DNA of 64,000 nt from Octopus sinensis (taxonomy: Eukaryota): positions 44,206,001-44,270,000 of the forward strand of contig NC_043005.1 in the NCBI RefSeq assembly GCF_006345805.1, in the 5' to 3' direction. A model generated the notes under the pieces. It made no database searches. It had not been told where the DNA came from and saw only the letters and a program-made list of their open reading frames with translations. Made by a program: the position numbers and the translations under genes. Below are positions 43,117 to 56,554 of the stretch, in pieces. How positions within the stretch are numbered: the stretch's first letter is position 1; each line of letters opens with the position of its first letter.

Positions 43117-43751
43117 AGCTATACTGGATGAGAAGATACTAAGTGAAAATTAATGGATAAAGTCAGGTAACCATATACCATCATTTTTGTAGTCATTGTA
43201 TTTCATTTAACACATCATGGGTATACCACCTAGGCTAATAACCACTTTGGTGATGCTGGTGGAAGTACATTGTGCACTTACAAGAGAGCACTATGGCAAA
43301 TGTGGAAAGATTGTGATTTTATTTTTCTTTAAAACAATATTTAAACAAAGTACAATACTTATATTTGAAGTACAATTCCCAACCCCCCACCACACACACA
43401 CACACACAAAGAAAAAAAACAAACATTTGTTTTGATTAAATTATGATAAAAGAAAGTTATCTGTAAGCAGAAAAACATGACTGATGATGAGTGAAGGTTC
43501 AATGTAATTTTTTCGTTTCCATAGAGATTAAATACTGGGATCACTAGTTTATGCAAATATCTGATGGACATACTGGATGGGATAACATGGGAGAGGGCAG
43601 GAGTGGGACTGTTTATAAAATTCCATTCCATGAAAGAGGATGTTAAGCTACAAAAGTTTGAAAAGCCCCTGATTTATCAAAATGCAATTATTGTTGTTGT
43701 CTAGTCATGTTGTTGACCAGTCATGATTAAATAGATTTATGATCAAAAGTA

Positions 43752-44127
43752 TTCCAACTGATCTTTCACAATGTTCAGAAAGTCACATGATCCAGTGTGT
43801 CCTTTGTTTTTAAAACAGAAGTACAGAAATCTTGCTGTTATTTCTAGCAGGTCAAAGAACTGCATTAGAGTCTCTAATGTTCCAAATGATCTTTCACAAT
43901 GTTCAGAAGATCACATGATCCAATGTGTCCTTTGTTTTTAAAACAGAAGTACAGAAATCTTGCTGTTATTTCTAGCAGGTCAAAGAACTACATTAGAGTC
44001 TCTAATGTTCCAAATGATCTTTCACAATGTTCAGAAGATCACATGATCCAGTGTGTCCTTTGTTTTTAAAACAGAAGTACAAAAATCTTGCTGTTATTTC
44101 TAGCAGGTCAAAGAATTGCATTAAAGT
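43752..44127. repeat. 128-bp tandem repeat, ~3 copies
   Basis: tgatctttcacaatg starts at 43759, 43887 and 44015. Confidence 0.95.
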
Positions 44128-44796
44128 CTTTGTATTGACTTGCCATTCAGAAATTTCTCTGGACAACTACAAATGCCATAATAAATGAATAAACCAGAGA
44201 AATTCAGACAGATTATTTTTTTGATTATTAGACATCAAATGAATGGTTCAATTAACAGCTTGGAACAGTGAGATTATCACACTCTTTCACATGGTTGCTG
44301 CCACACTACTACTTTCCATTTTTAGCTCTGCTTTTTATTTTCATGCTAGCATGGGTTGGATGAAATTTCTTGAGGACATATTCCACAGTTGGTTGCACTT
44401 TCTAACGCTATCCCTTGTTTTTTGATAATGGTATTTTAGTCCATGTTTTCACATGTTGAACTATTGCCAAACATTTTGTTTATGGGAGACAAAGACTCAC
44501 AGATATAAACACACACACACACACACACACATGCAACAAAACCTCCATAAACTAGAAACCCAGAAACAAGTATTACTCTTACCAGAATCAGAATCTTTAT
44601 GAAGAATAACTGTGTGGTATAAATGGTGTACTATATACAACAAAACCATCATAAACTAAAAATTTAAGAACCCCTTAAACAAGTTTACCCTTATGACAGC
44701 TAGAATTTCAATGAAGGTCAACTTAAAACCAAAAGAACATGGGAAACAAAATGCAAATTTGTTATCAGTTCAAATATGCTTATGAAAGCCATTCAC

Positions 44797-44842
<46 letters not shown>

Positions 44843-46099
44843 TCAATTATTCTTATTGTTACTATTTTTCTATCCCAGTTTTAAAGTTATTTTTTAAAAT
44901 CCTGTTGTGTGCCTCTGTAGAATTGTGTTATAGTTGTTTAGGGAGTTCTGTTTGAAGGAGAAAACAAAAAAAAATCTTGTTTAAATGAAAGTTGGAACTA
45001 GCATGGAACATGTATAATAAAAAATAAAAAAAACAAAAATAAAAAAAAATTCTATGAAATAAAAGAACACCATAAAAATATTCTTGAAATATGGAGAAAA
45101 TTTCTTGCTGTAGACAGTCAGGTTAGGGGTTGCTCTGAGTTGACTCTGTGAATTTACACCTATTTGTCTACACAAGCATATTTGAACTGGTAACAAGTTT
45201 GTATTTATACAAAGAGTTTTAGTCAAACAGATCAACTCCAGTACGTATATTTAAGCCTGATACTTATTCAATTGGACTCTTTTGCCACAAGGACATAAAC
45301 AAACCAACATACAAACACAGACACACAAACACACACATGATGAGTTTCCACACATTTTCAGTCAACCAAATTCACTCATAAAGTATTGGTTACCTTGGGG
45401 CTATAGATGTATACATACATCACTGCTTAATGCTGTTACTCCATACAAGATACAAAAGTCACAATCAACAAGCACGTCAAACATATACACCTGTCGTCAC
45501 CTAACAGATATGATTATGTATAAATGACAGGCTTATATGTACAGTGTCCATGTACCAAATTTCACTCACTGGGTACTGGTCAGCCTCAGGTTATAGTCAA
45601 AGACACTTGCCCATGATACCACATGATGAAACTGAGCTTGGAATCACATAACTACAAAGTGAATGTCTTAAGCATACAGTCATGCCTGTGTCTATAACAA
45701 CATCCATGTGGTGTATTAGACAAAAATTGCTTTATACAACAAATTGGAGAAAATTACCTATATTGAACATAGAAGAATTAAAATTTCCTCAAAACCATAG
45801 ATTATAGAGTTCTAATAGAACAAATAGAACAACATATAGTACATAGATGGTTGATGTTTCATTAATGAAATAAAGATGATGTCTAATGATGTATACTACT
45901 TTTATCATTTAAAAAATAATATATAGCAACAGAAGCAGTGTTAATACCAAAAGATAATCTTGATCTCCAATTTAATGTTAGAACACAGAATTCTGTCATA
46001 TTTACCTTGAGTGGATCTCTCATAAGGACTCGTAGTGCATAAAAAGTACACATAATTATATCACTGATAGACAAGAATAGTCTGCTATGGCCACTGGAA

Positions 46100-46146
46100 C
46101 TGCTACATCATGTGATTTCACCCTGCTATGGGTTCTTCAGTGACAG
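46100..46146 (-). ncRNA. Type I hammerhead motif in unit 1 (cleavage position H17=G, likely inactive)
   Basis: Minus strand: CTGTCA-CTGAAGA-ACCC-atagca-GGGT-GAAA-TCACATGA-TG-TAGCAG. Confidence 0.7.
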
Positions 46147-46448
46147 ATGTCCAGCAGTGTGATAACTGAATCTCCCGTCAATGATATATAGAGTCTCAGG
46201 GTTTATTCAGGTACTGCTGTTGCAAATAGCCAGTGGACTTATTAAAAAAATAATTAATTAATAGTAACAGAAGCAGTATTAGTACTAAGAGATAATCTTG
46301 CTCTCCAACTTAACATGGAAGTTGAGTTAGAACACACAATACTGTGGTATTTACCTTGAGTGGATCTGTCATAAGGACTCATAATACATAAAAAGTACAC
46401 ATAATTATATCACTGACAGATGAGAACTATCTGCTACGGCCACTGAAA

Positions 46449-46495
46449 CTGCTAGATCACATGATTTCACCTTGCTATGGGTTCTTCAGTGACAA
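46449..46495 (-). ncRNA. Type I hammerhead motif in unit 2 of the ~349-nt tandem repeat
   Basis: Minus strand: TTGTCA-CTGAAGA-ACCC-atagca-AGGT-GAAA-TCATGTGA-TC-TAGCAG. The core is intact and the triplet is AUC. Confidence 0.75.
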
Positions 46496-48744
46496 ACGCC
46501 TAGCAGTGTGATAACAACCAAATCTCCCATCAATCATATATAGAATCACAGAGTCTATTCAGGCACTGTTGTTGCAAATAGCCAGTGACCTCCTCAAGGT
46601 ATATAATGCAGTACTCTGTGTTCTAACATAATCTCCACAGATCAAGATTCCCTTTTACACTTAAATATATAAGATTCCATCAGTAGTCAAAACAGTTGGT
46701 TATATGACTGCAAATTCATAATAATTCATTGAATCTCTGCTTTCCTGTTCAATAACCACCAGTATGAATTTTGTAGAATTAAATCTAATGGACACCTGCT
46801 CTCCTATATCATATATGGCTGTTAAGAATTTTAGCAGAAATTTCTGCTTCTGACATTAACAAAGACCTTAATTGTGTGACACAAGTATTTTTGGCAAACC
46901 TCTGCTTGGCATTAAACACCTGGATCAAAAGCAAACTGATTGATAGCAGATTCCATCATAGCATGTGTTAAGTGAACTTTCTCTGACCTCAGTTTTCTCT
47001 CAGACATTTTCCTCTCCCTGTTAATGACCTAATTACTATCAACTCTCTCTCTCTCTCTCCCCATCATCCATCGATACATAGATACATATATTAATTCAAT
47101 GCCAAGTATTGATGCAATTATATACATCAGTTGATATAGTAATTTTTTTTGTTGTTTTTTTTTTCCTGTTATTAAAAAAGAATTCCTTCAATTTGAACAT
47201 TTTCTTATCTTAAATAAAAGAAAAAAGGATTTACACACACTCATACACAAATATATACAAGCATTATTCAAAACAGAATAAACTCCAGAAAAGGTAGAAT
47301 TAATTAACATTGAGAACTATTATTAGAATATTCTTAGAATTATTAACATCTTTCATCAATGCCAAATTCAATCCAGATGATAGTTGAAATGGAATATATA
47401 GTCATGGAAATAACATAAAACATTTTGTTCATTGTCCAAAACTCTGCAGACATCTACCTTCATTTAATAATGACAATATTAATCCTGATATTTTTAATAA
47501 TAATAATAATAATAATAATTATTATTATAATATTATAATATTCTTTTCTACTAGAAGTACACTACTTAAAATTTTGGGAGAAGGGGAATAGTATATTACA
47601 TTGCCCTTCTCCCTTCCAAGTGCTCAATTGGTACTTATTTTATCAAGCCAAGAAGGAAAAGTCAACCTCAGTGGAATTTGAATTCACACTGCAAAGACAA
47701 ACAAAATACCACTAAACATTTTACCTGGCATGCTAATGATTTTGCTAGCTTCCCACCTTAATAATGGTTTCAAATTTTGGCACAAGGCCAGCAATTTCGG
47801 GGAAGAGGCCAAGTTGATTACATCAACCCCAGTAATCAACTGGTACTTATTTATCGTGGAGGTGTGTGGCTTAGTGGTTAGGGTGTCAGCATCATGATCG
47901 TAAGATTGTGGTTTTGATTCCTGGACCGGACGACGCGTTGTGTTCTTGAGCAAAACACTTCATTTCACATTGTTCCAGTCCACTCAGCTGGCAAAAATGA
48001 GTAACGCTGTGATGGACTGGCGTCCCGTCCATGAAACCGGGTCCATGAGCCTGGCTAGGCTTTAAAAGGGCACATTTATTATTTTATATTACTTATTTTA
48101 TCAACTCTGAAAGGATGAAAGGTAAAGTTGACCCTGGAAAAATTTGAATTCAGGACATAAGGACAGACAAAATACTGCCAAGCATTTTGCCTGGTGTGCT
48201 AACAATTCTGCCAGCTCACCACCTTAATAATGATAAGTAATTTTTAAAAACATAATACTTCGTTTTTGGATTTGGTTTGCAAGTTTCTTTATATGAGTTC
48301 GTGTGTTGTCTTTTTGTGCCTTATAATGTAACACACTCACCGGTAAAATTTCTACTTATTTCTTATTTTTATTTTCCTAAAATTTTCGTTGCATCTTGCA
48401 ACCTTTTCAATAGTCTTGAAGTAAATGATGTGGATGAGAACAGAAAAAATTGTAGCAACAACATAGCATCAAAATACCTGACTGAATATAAAAATTGTTT
48501 TGCTTCCTGGCAAAAGCTGTTCTCCAAGCACTATTTAGAGTTGCAGGGTAGTAAAATTAAATCTCAGGTTCAGATAATACTATTAGTTCATAATGAAATG
48601 CACTTTACACTTTTTGCATAAACAACATTTCTAAAGAGAATTTGTTCCATATTTGGGGGAGAATAGTTTGAATGCTTTCTCTTTATTATTGGATAATACT
48701 GGGTAAATTCTGACAGATAAAAACGATAAACATCACCCTTTTCA

Positions 48745-49035
48745 AACCTAGCCAGGTTCATGGGCCCGGTTTCCCGGTTTCCGTGGCGTATGTGTTCCCC
48801 CCAGCTGGACAGGATGCCAGTCCATTGTCGCGTTACTCAAGAAACAGGAAGAGAGAGTGAGAGAAAGTTGTGGCGAAAGAGTACAACAGGGGTCGCTACC
48901 CCCTGCCTGCCGGAGCCTCGTGGAGCTTTTAGGTGTTTTCACTCAATAAACACACATAACACCTGGTCTGGGAATCAAAACTGCGATCCTCCAACCGTGA
49001 GTCCACTACCCTGACCACTGGGCCATTGCACCTCC
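48745..49035 (-). mobile_element. Young tRNA-derived SINE (CpG-rich)
   Basis: The minus strand begins aggaggtgcaatggcccagtggtcagggtagtggactcacggttggaggatcgcagttttgattccc, a tRNA-like head. Confidence 0.65.
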
Positions 49036-49294
49036 TAACTCTGACAGAAGAAAGGGGCAAATCTGAAAGATTTGGTGAACGGGTGAGAAGCAAATAGAAC
49101 TGATAAGAACATGATTATCTTGGAAAATATTTCACTAAATTCTTAATATCTTTGAAGTTGAACTTATAACCCTGGGATGTCAGAGGATGAAATGTAAGTA
49201 AGGAGAGAAGAATTAACCTTTTTTAATATTCAGATTACTTTGTCAAATATATTGCTTATTTATTCGCATTACATTGTTTTGTTCTTTTATTGTT

Positions 49295-49509
49295 TTATTC
49301 TTTTACTTGCTTCAGTCGTTTGACTGCAACCATATTGAAGCACTGCCTTAAAGGGTTTTTTAGTTGAAGAAATCGACCCCAGGAGTTATTCTTTGTAAGC
49401 CTAGTACTTATTCTATCATTCTCTTTTGCCAAACCACTAAGTCACGGGAACATAAACACACCAACATTGGTTGTCAAGTGATGGTGGGGAGACAAACAGA
49501 CACAAACAA

Positions 49510-49540
<31 letters not shown>

Positions 49541-49927
49541 CTAGCAGTATCACCCGGCGTTGCTCGGGTTTGTAAAGGAAATAACTATAAAGCATTTTTA
49601 GAGAGTTATAGCCAAAAAATAGCAAAAAAATGGAAAAAAAATTATGGTAAATTTTTTTTTAGTTAAAAAGGTCGAGTTGCGTCCCCTAGACAGTCTGTGG
49701 TTTGTGTTTCTGATTCTCGACCCCATGTCGAATTTATCGATTTTTTTCAGAACTGGGGGAACTTTTCAAAATTTTCGCTGCGTTAATTTTGAATTATGAC
49801 ATTGGGCTATGTGTGTATCAAGTTTCATCAGAATCGGTTGAAAGCCGTGGTCAGGGTGAGGGTACAACCTAACAGACACACAGACACACACACAGACAAA
49901 CTGCCGTTTATATATATATATATATAT

Positions 49928-49959
<32 letters not shown>

Positions 49960-50410
49960 ATATACAGAACAGGCTTCTTTCAGTTTCAGTCTACCATATC
50001 CACTCACAAAGCTTTGGTTGGCCCAAGCCTATAATAGATAACACCAGCATAAGGTGCCATGCAGTTTCAGTCATTAGATTGCAGCCATGCTGGGGCACTG
50101 CCTTGAAGTCAAACAATTCAACCCAATACTTGTATTTAAGCCTGGTACTTATTCTATTGGTCTCTTTTGCAAAACCATTAAGTCACAGGGATGTAAACAA
50201 ACCAACATTGGTTGTCAAGTACTTGGGGGCTACATACAAATACAGACACACAAACATACATATATACATATATGATGATCTTCCATACATTTTCCGTCTA
50301 CCCTACCAAATTCACCCAGAAGGTATTGATTACCCTGAGGCTGTAGTAGAAGACACTTGCTTAAAGTACCAAGCAGTGGGACTGAACTCCTAACCACATA
50401 GTTACAAAGT
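49295..50410 (-). mobile_element. Two adjacent SINE family A copies, the first interrupted by a Helitron
   Basis: Family A motifs at 49295-49540/49965-50055 and 50065-50410. Confidence 0.7.
49541..49915 (-). mobile_element. Non-autonomous Helitron inserted in the (TA)n of a SINE
   Basis: The minus strand ends in a hairpin CCCG-agcaacgc-CGGG followed by CTAG|T. The 5' end merges into TA repeats. Confidence 0.75.
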
Positions 50411-50464
50411 GAGTTTCTTTATTACACAGCCACACTTGCATTTCCTTCTTCTAATATTTTTATA

Positions 50465-50680
50465 AGGTGGTGAGCTGGCAGAGTCGTTAGCAGAACAGGC
50501 AAGATGCTTAGTGGCATTTTCGTTCATCTCAGTGTTCTGAGTTCAAATTCCACTGAAGTCACCTTGGCCTTTCATCCATTCAGAGTCGATAAAATAGGTA
50601 CCAGTTGGGCACTGGGGTTGATGTAATTGACTCAGCCCCGCCCCTAAAACTGCTGGGTTTGTACCAAAATTTAAAAGTAA
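50465..50680 (+). mobile_element. SINE family C
   Basis: ggtgagctggcaga...gttctgagttcaaattcc...gtcgataaaataggtacc. Other copies lie at ~13010-13200 (+), 28860-29070 (+), 47735-47850 (-), 48080-48225 (-), 54700-54885 (-) and 62200-62400 (-). Confidence 0.8.
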
Positions 50681-51339
50681 TATTTTATATGGGAAGCTTC
50701 TTAATACTTTTACATCATTTTGAAAATTGTCCAGTGATAAATGTTTCTCTGTTTCTCTACACAGGATAAAGCAAATCTATTTTTTATACATTTTACCTCT
50801 TCCTTTTCAGTTTCATCATCCACTTGTATTTTCTAACATTAATCACCCTAAACATATCACACTTTTCTGTTTATATTAAATTGCAGTAACAGCCGCTTTG
50901 GTTATATGTGCACCAGAAACCAGCAAAGAAAAGGATAATACAACATTTTATCAAATATATTTATCAAGTAAATTATTAATTTTATCAAATAAATCCACAA
51001 AGTAAATAGGAATAGCAATGCTCTATAGGAAACTAGAAAGAAGAGAACAAATATTGCTTACTATTCACATGTTTTAGTTTAATTGATTAATTTCATTTAA
51101 ATATGAATTACTAAATATTACATTTTGTTTATATATTAGCATATCACTCTTCCAGTTAAAGTGTCTATTTTCTGTAAATTTTCAATAATGTTTTTGGTTA
51201 ATTAAAATATAGACATATTTTTCTGTATAAAAAGGATGTAGGCAGATATTTGTTCAATATACTCTAGGCATAGAAATTAATATGCTATAAAATATCATAG
51301 CCTACGCCTGAAATTCTAAATTCTAGGTTGAGCTTACTT

Positions 51340-51725
51340 CCCAACCACATGGCTCCAGGTTCAGTCCCACTGCATGGCACCTTAAGCAAGTGTCTTCAAC
51401 TATAGCCTCGGGCCAACCAAAGCTTTTGCGAGTGGATTTCGTAAACAGAAATTGAAAGAAGCTTGTCATGTGGGTGTGTGTGTGTGTGTGTGATTGTGTG
51501 CTTTTGTGTCTGTGTTGCTCACCACCACCACCACCACTGCTTAACAACTAGTGTTGGTGTGTTTACGTCCCTGTAACTTAGCAGTTTAGTGAAAGTGACC
51601 AATAAAATAAGTACCAGGATTAAAAAAAAAAAAGTACTTGGGTCATTTCATTTGACTAAAAACTCTTCGAGGCAGTGCCCCAGTATGGCGACTATGTCTA
51701 ACGATTGAATCAAGTAAAAGATACA
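51340..51725 (+). mobile_element. SINE family A
   Basis: Matches the family A consensus. Confidence 0.8.
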
Positions 51726-52317
51726 AGGTAAGAAATATGACATCAAATATTGTAAATATTTTACTACAGAAATTAATTCCTAAATTAACTCTGGAACAAA
51801 TTTGTGTCACAGCCTTGCGAAAGACAGGTTCAAACAATAACAAAAAAAAAAAGAAGAAGAAAGAAAGAAAGAAGTATATTGATGCATAAAGTATAACAAT
51901 GATTTTCAATTAAAGAATTTATTTCTTCATATTGGTATGCAATAAAGATATCTATCCATTGTTTCACTTATAATATTGAAATTCTACAAATATTTTTTCT
52001 CTGTGTCACTGCACATATATAAGAAGCACATGTAGGAAGGTTCCAGGATACCTTGGGTTGCAACTCGGAGATTAAAATATTTATGATATATAATAATGAT
52101 AATAATAATGAAATTATTGTATACAGTGCTCAGGTTCACCACAACATTCAAAAAACTTCATTGTAGACAACGAAAGTTTTAGGAAATATGTATAGATTTA
52201 GAGATTTGGCACATAAGTATTTATATAGATGAACACACATACATGAACGCATGCACATGCATACACACAGACCCATACACACAGACCCATGTATATACAT
52301 CTGTATGTGTACATGTA

Positions 52318-52354
<37 letters not shown>

Positions 52355-52706
52355 TAGGGGCATGTATTCCAGGTGTACTAAGTGTATGGCACACACCCAT
52401 CGAAAAATGGCAAATTCTATATATAAATATTAACCTTACTCATTAATTTAATCACAAATCTTAATGGAAAACTTTTTTTATTCCCCTGCTTGAAATTTGG
52501 TGGCATTGCGAGTGGCAGCATACCCAATATAATAACCACCATATACCATTGATATACATATATAGGTATGGTAGATAAGTTCAGTAAAATCTAGATTCAG
52601 ATGAATGTGGTAAAGTTAAAGGCACCAGAATTTAGTATGGTATTATCCATATAATTTAAAATAAGGTGATTATAATCAAAATATGCAAAAAAGATATCCT
52701 TGTTGC

Positions 52707-52761
<55 letters not shown>

Positions 52762-52780
52762 TATGTATACACACACACAT

Positions 52781-53028
52781 ATGCATATATATACACACAC
52801 ATACACATATATATATATAAAAAGAGATAGAGAGAGAGTGATACATGTATATTAATATACATGATATATATGAATGTAAGTGTATATATATATATATATA
52901 TACACACACATATATATACACACACACATATGCATATATATACACACACATACACACATATATATATATAAAGAGATAGAGAGAGAGCAATACATGTATA
53001 TTAATATACATGATATATATGAATGTAA

Positions 53029-53030
<2 letters not shown>
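52781..53030. repeat. 149-bp local duplication of a compound microsatellite block
   Basis: catgtatattaatatacatgatatatatgaatgtaagtg at 52844 and 52993. Confidence 0.85.
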
Positions 53031-53087
<57 letters not shown>

Positions 53088-53861
53088 TATGTATATTCTT
53101 AAATGTTTACGTTTGTTTTGTGTGTGTATTACTTAGAAATTTAACATGAATGTATTTAGTGAAATAATGGATACCAAAATTTCTGTTCCTAAAAAAGAAA
53201 TTTTGACAACTGGTTCTTAACAATTTGGAAATAATATATGAAAATGTCGAATTTTTTTTTAAAAAATGCAACAGAATTTTTAGGGAACAGTCTATATGAC
53301 ATTCTTTATTACCAATATAATACTATTTATCGCTTACATAAGCCCGTATATATTCATAAAATATTTACATGTGCTTATTAAAAAGCTATGGAAGAGTAAA
53401 TGTCTAGACTTTTATTTGAGATAAGATTTGTTAATGTAACGGTCCTATTTCTTTTTATATCAAATCTTATTTCCTCCATATAAATTTTAAAATATTATAT
53501 GAAATAAAACAAGATACATTCTTCTCAATCATTAATTTAAATTTTACAGTTTAAGTCAACAGGAGTTTAACTATAACAAAATAAATTTACTACTATAATC
53601 GTAAATTTTAAGAGATTTTCATAGCAGAGACAGCCAACTACTTACACAGGAAGTTTAAATCAACGTTCATTTTCATCTTAATCGATTCTCATATTAATTA
53701 ATAGACTTAGTACGGCAGGAAACCACGCCTCCTCATACTAAACCAGATACTAGCTGTTAATGCCATTACAAAACTATCTAGTAAAATATGGCCACGACTG
53801 AAATTCACTTATCAGCATAATTTTATGTCTTTTATATATATATTTCAAAAAGTTGACTGTG

Positions 53862-54230
53862 GCCATGCTGGGGCACTGCCTTGAAGAGTTTAGTACAACA
53901 AATTGATCCCCACCTCCCCACCAGTACTTATTTTTAAAAACCTGGTTCTTGGTCTATCAGTCGCTATTGAAAAGCTGCTGAGTTATGGGAATGCAAACAA
54001 ACCAACACCAGTTGTCAAGTGGTGGAAAACACATTCACACACACACACATATACAAAAAGAGAAAAATATTTTGATGGGCTTCTTTCAGTTTCCATCTAC
54101 TAAAATCCACTCATAATGCTTTGGTTGACTTGGAGCTAAAGTAGAAGACACTTGTCCAAGATGCAGCACAGTGAAACTGAACCCACATGAACATGATTGA
54201 GAAACAAGCTTCTTAACCACTCAGCCACAC
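53862..54230 (-). mobile_element. SINE family A
   Basis: Reverse complement of the family A consensus. Confidence 0.75.
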
Positions 54231-55228
54231 CTGGACTCTTTATACTTAATTACAATAAAACGTTCCTAATTATTCTTTTACATCGCTTATATTTATCTAC
54301 ATGACACATAAAGAAACAGAAAGAAAAATATGCTAACAAGGGTAACACCTTGGAAAGAGTAACTTAAGTGGCACTCAGTCAGTTACAACAACAGCAACAA
54401 CAAAAGTTCCAGTTGATCTGATCGATGGAACAGCCTGCACAAGAAATTATCATACAAGTTGCTGAGCACTCCACACACCTACATACCCATACCCAGGGAG
54501 ATTCAACATGACACACCGAATGTGACAAGGTTGGCCCTTTCAATTACAGATACTACTCATTTTTACCAGCTGAATGGGCTGGAGTAACATGAAATGAAGT
54601 GTCTTGCTCAAGGACATAATGTGCCACTGTGAATTGAACTCACAATCTTACAACCATGAACCATATACCCTAACCACTAAGTCATGTACCGCCCCTGATA
54701 TTATTTATTTATTTATTGCCCACAAGGAGCTAAACATAGAGGGAACAAACAAGGACAGACAAAGGGATTAAGTCAATAACATCAACTCCAGTGCGTAACT
54801 GGTACCTATTTAATCAACCCCGAAAGGATGAAAGGCAAAGTCAACTTCGGCGGAATTTGAACTCAGAATGTAACAGCTCACCACCCTAAAATTATAATAC
54901 ATGATTAATATTATATTATATAATATAGTATTATTTACTCCTAAAGAGAATAGTCCCATCTAAGATGCCTTTCACCTTTGGTCTGCTCTATTAAGGTTGA
55001 CTAAGGAGAAAATGAGAACAATTATTACTAAGTGAAATGAAAGGATTCACATATTTATTCAAGATTGCTTTGAGAGTTGTTGCTAATCACTAAAGTTAAC
55101 ATATGAAGTGATTTCAGAATTTTATATCATTAAATCATTAAAGCAATATATATATATTATGTATATATATATATATATAATATATATAATATATTATATA
55201 TATATAATATATATATATAACATGTAAT

Positions 55229-55259
<31 letters not shown>

Positions 55260-55317
55260 CATGTATATTTATATATAACATTATATATATATTGACATAT
55301 ATATATATGTAGGCAGC

Positions 55318-55473
55318 GGCATATGGTGTGTGGTAAGAAGCTTGCTTTCCAACCACATGGTTCAGGTTCAATCCCACTATGAGGCACCTTTGGTGAGTGT
55401 CTTCTACTATAGCCTCGGGCCAACTGAAACCTTGTGAGTGGATTTGGCAGATGGAAACTGAAAGAAGCCTGTC

Positions 55474-55527
<54 letters not shown>

Positions 55528-55735
55528 TGTGCCTTTGCCTTTGTGTTAGTCCCCTCACCATCACTTGACAACAGATGTTGGGGTGTTTACAACCCTGTAA
55601 CTAAGCAGGTTGGCAAAAGAAACTTATAGAATAAGTACTAGGCTTACAAAGAATAGATCCTGGGGCCATTTGTTCGACTAAAGGCGGTGCTTTAGCATGC
55701 CCACAATCAAATTGACTGAAACAAGTAAAAGAAGA
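55318..55735 (+). mobile_element. SINE family A
   Basis: Matches the family A consensus. Confidence 0.8.
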
Positions 55736-55739
55736 AAAG

Positions 55740-55789
<50 letters not shown>

Positions 55790-55910
55790 ATATGCGCGCG
55801 CGTGTATATATATATATATATATATATGCACACACACACATACACACATATATATATATATATACATATAAACACACGTGTGTATATATCTATGTGTAGA
55901 TATATGTGTG

Positions 55911-55967
<57 letters not shown>

Positions 55968-56554
55968 CATACATATATATATATATATATTATATATATG
56001 GAAAGAGAGAAAGAAAGCTTCAGCCTGCGTAATTGAATTATGACTCAACAAGTGCACATAATTTTTATTACGGTTGCTAAAGGAGTTATGTCCCTTGCAC
56101 TGTAGCAGCAGTGATTTGAGAAGAGAAAAAAAAAAAACGTTAACAGATTAAACTTAATTTAAGAAAATCAATAAGTAGAGACAGTGCAATAAGTAATATT
56201 AAAATTTTCATCCCCCAATAAAACAACAGTAGTTCTGTAGTTTATTCATTTTCCTTTGACGAAATCAACTGAATATTAGAAGTAAAAAAAAAATTAATTC
56301 GTATATCTTATAAAATAAAGCAACAATTTGCAAATTTATAAGAAAAAATACGGAATACGATGATCACAAGGTGCTATTTCTAGGAGGTCGAGCGATCTTG
56401 TAGCAGTTCCTTCGTAGTCTGGTTTTATGCTTCTATTTAGCTCTCTGGCTATTACGTTGATATGCACACACACACATAATGTGTCAATGTACCTGTGTAT
56501 ACATACACAAACATACATGCATATACGTATGTATGCATGTATGTATATACTCTT

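Larger units (their letters stand above)
45905..46650 (-). mobile_element. Retrozyme-like or Penelope pLTR-like element: two diverged ~349-nt units plus an inverted partial copy
   Basis: The units align at offsets 338-352 (e.g. tttaccttgag at 46001 and 46350). 46593-46649 is an inverted copy of 45957-46011. Each unit carries one HHR and I found no supportable protein-coding frame. Confidence 0.7.
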
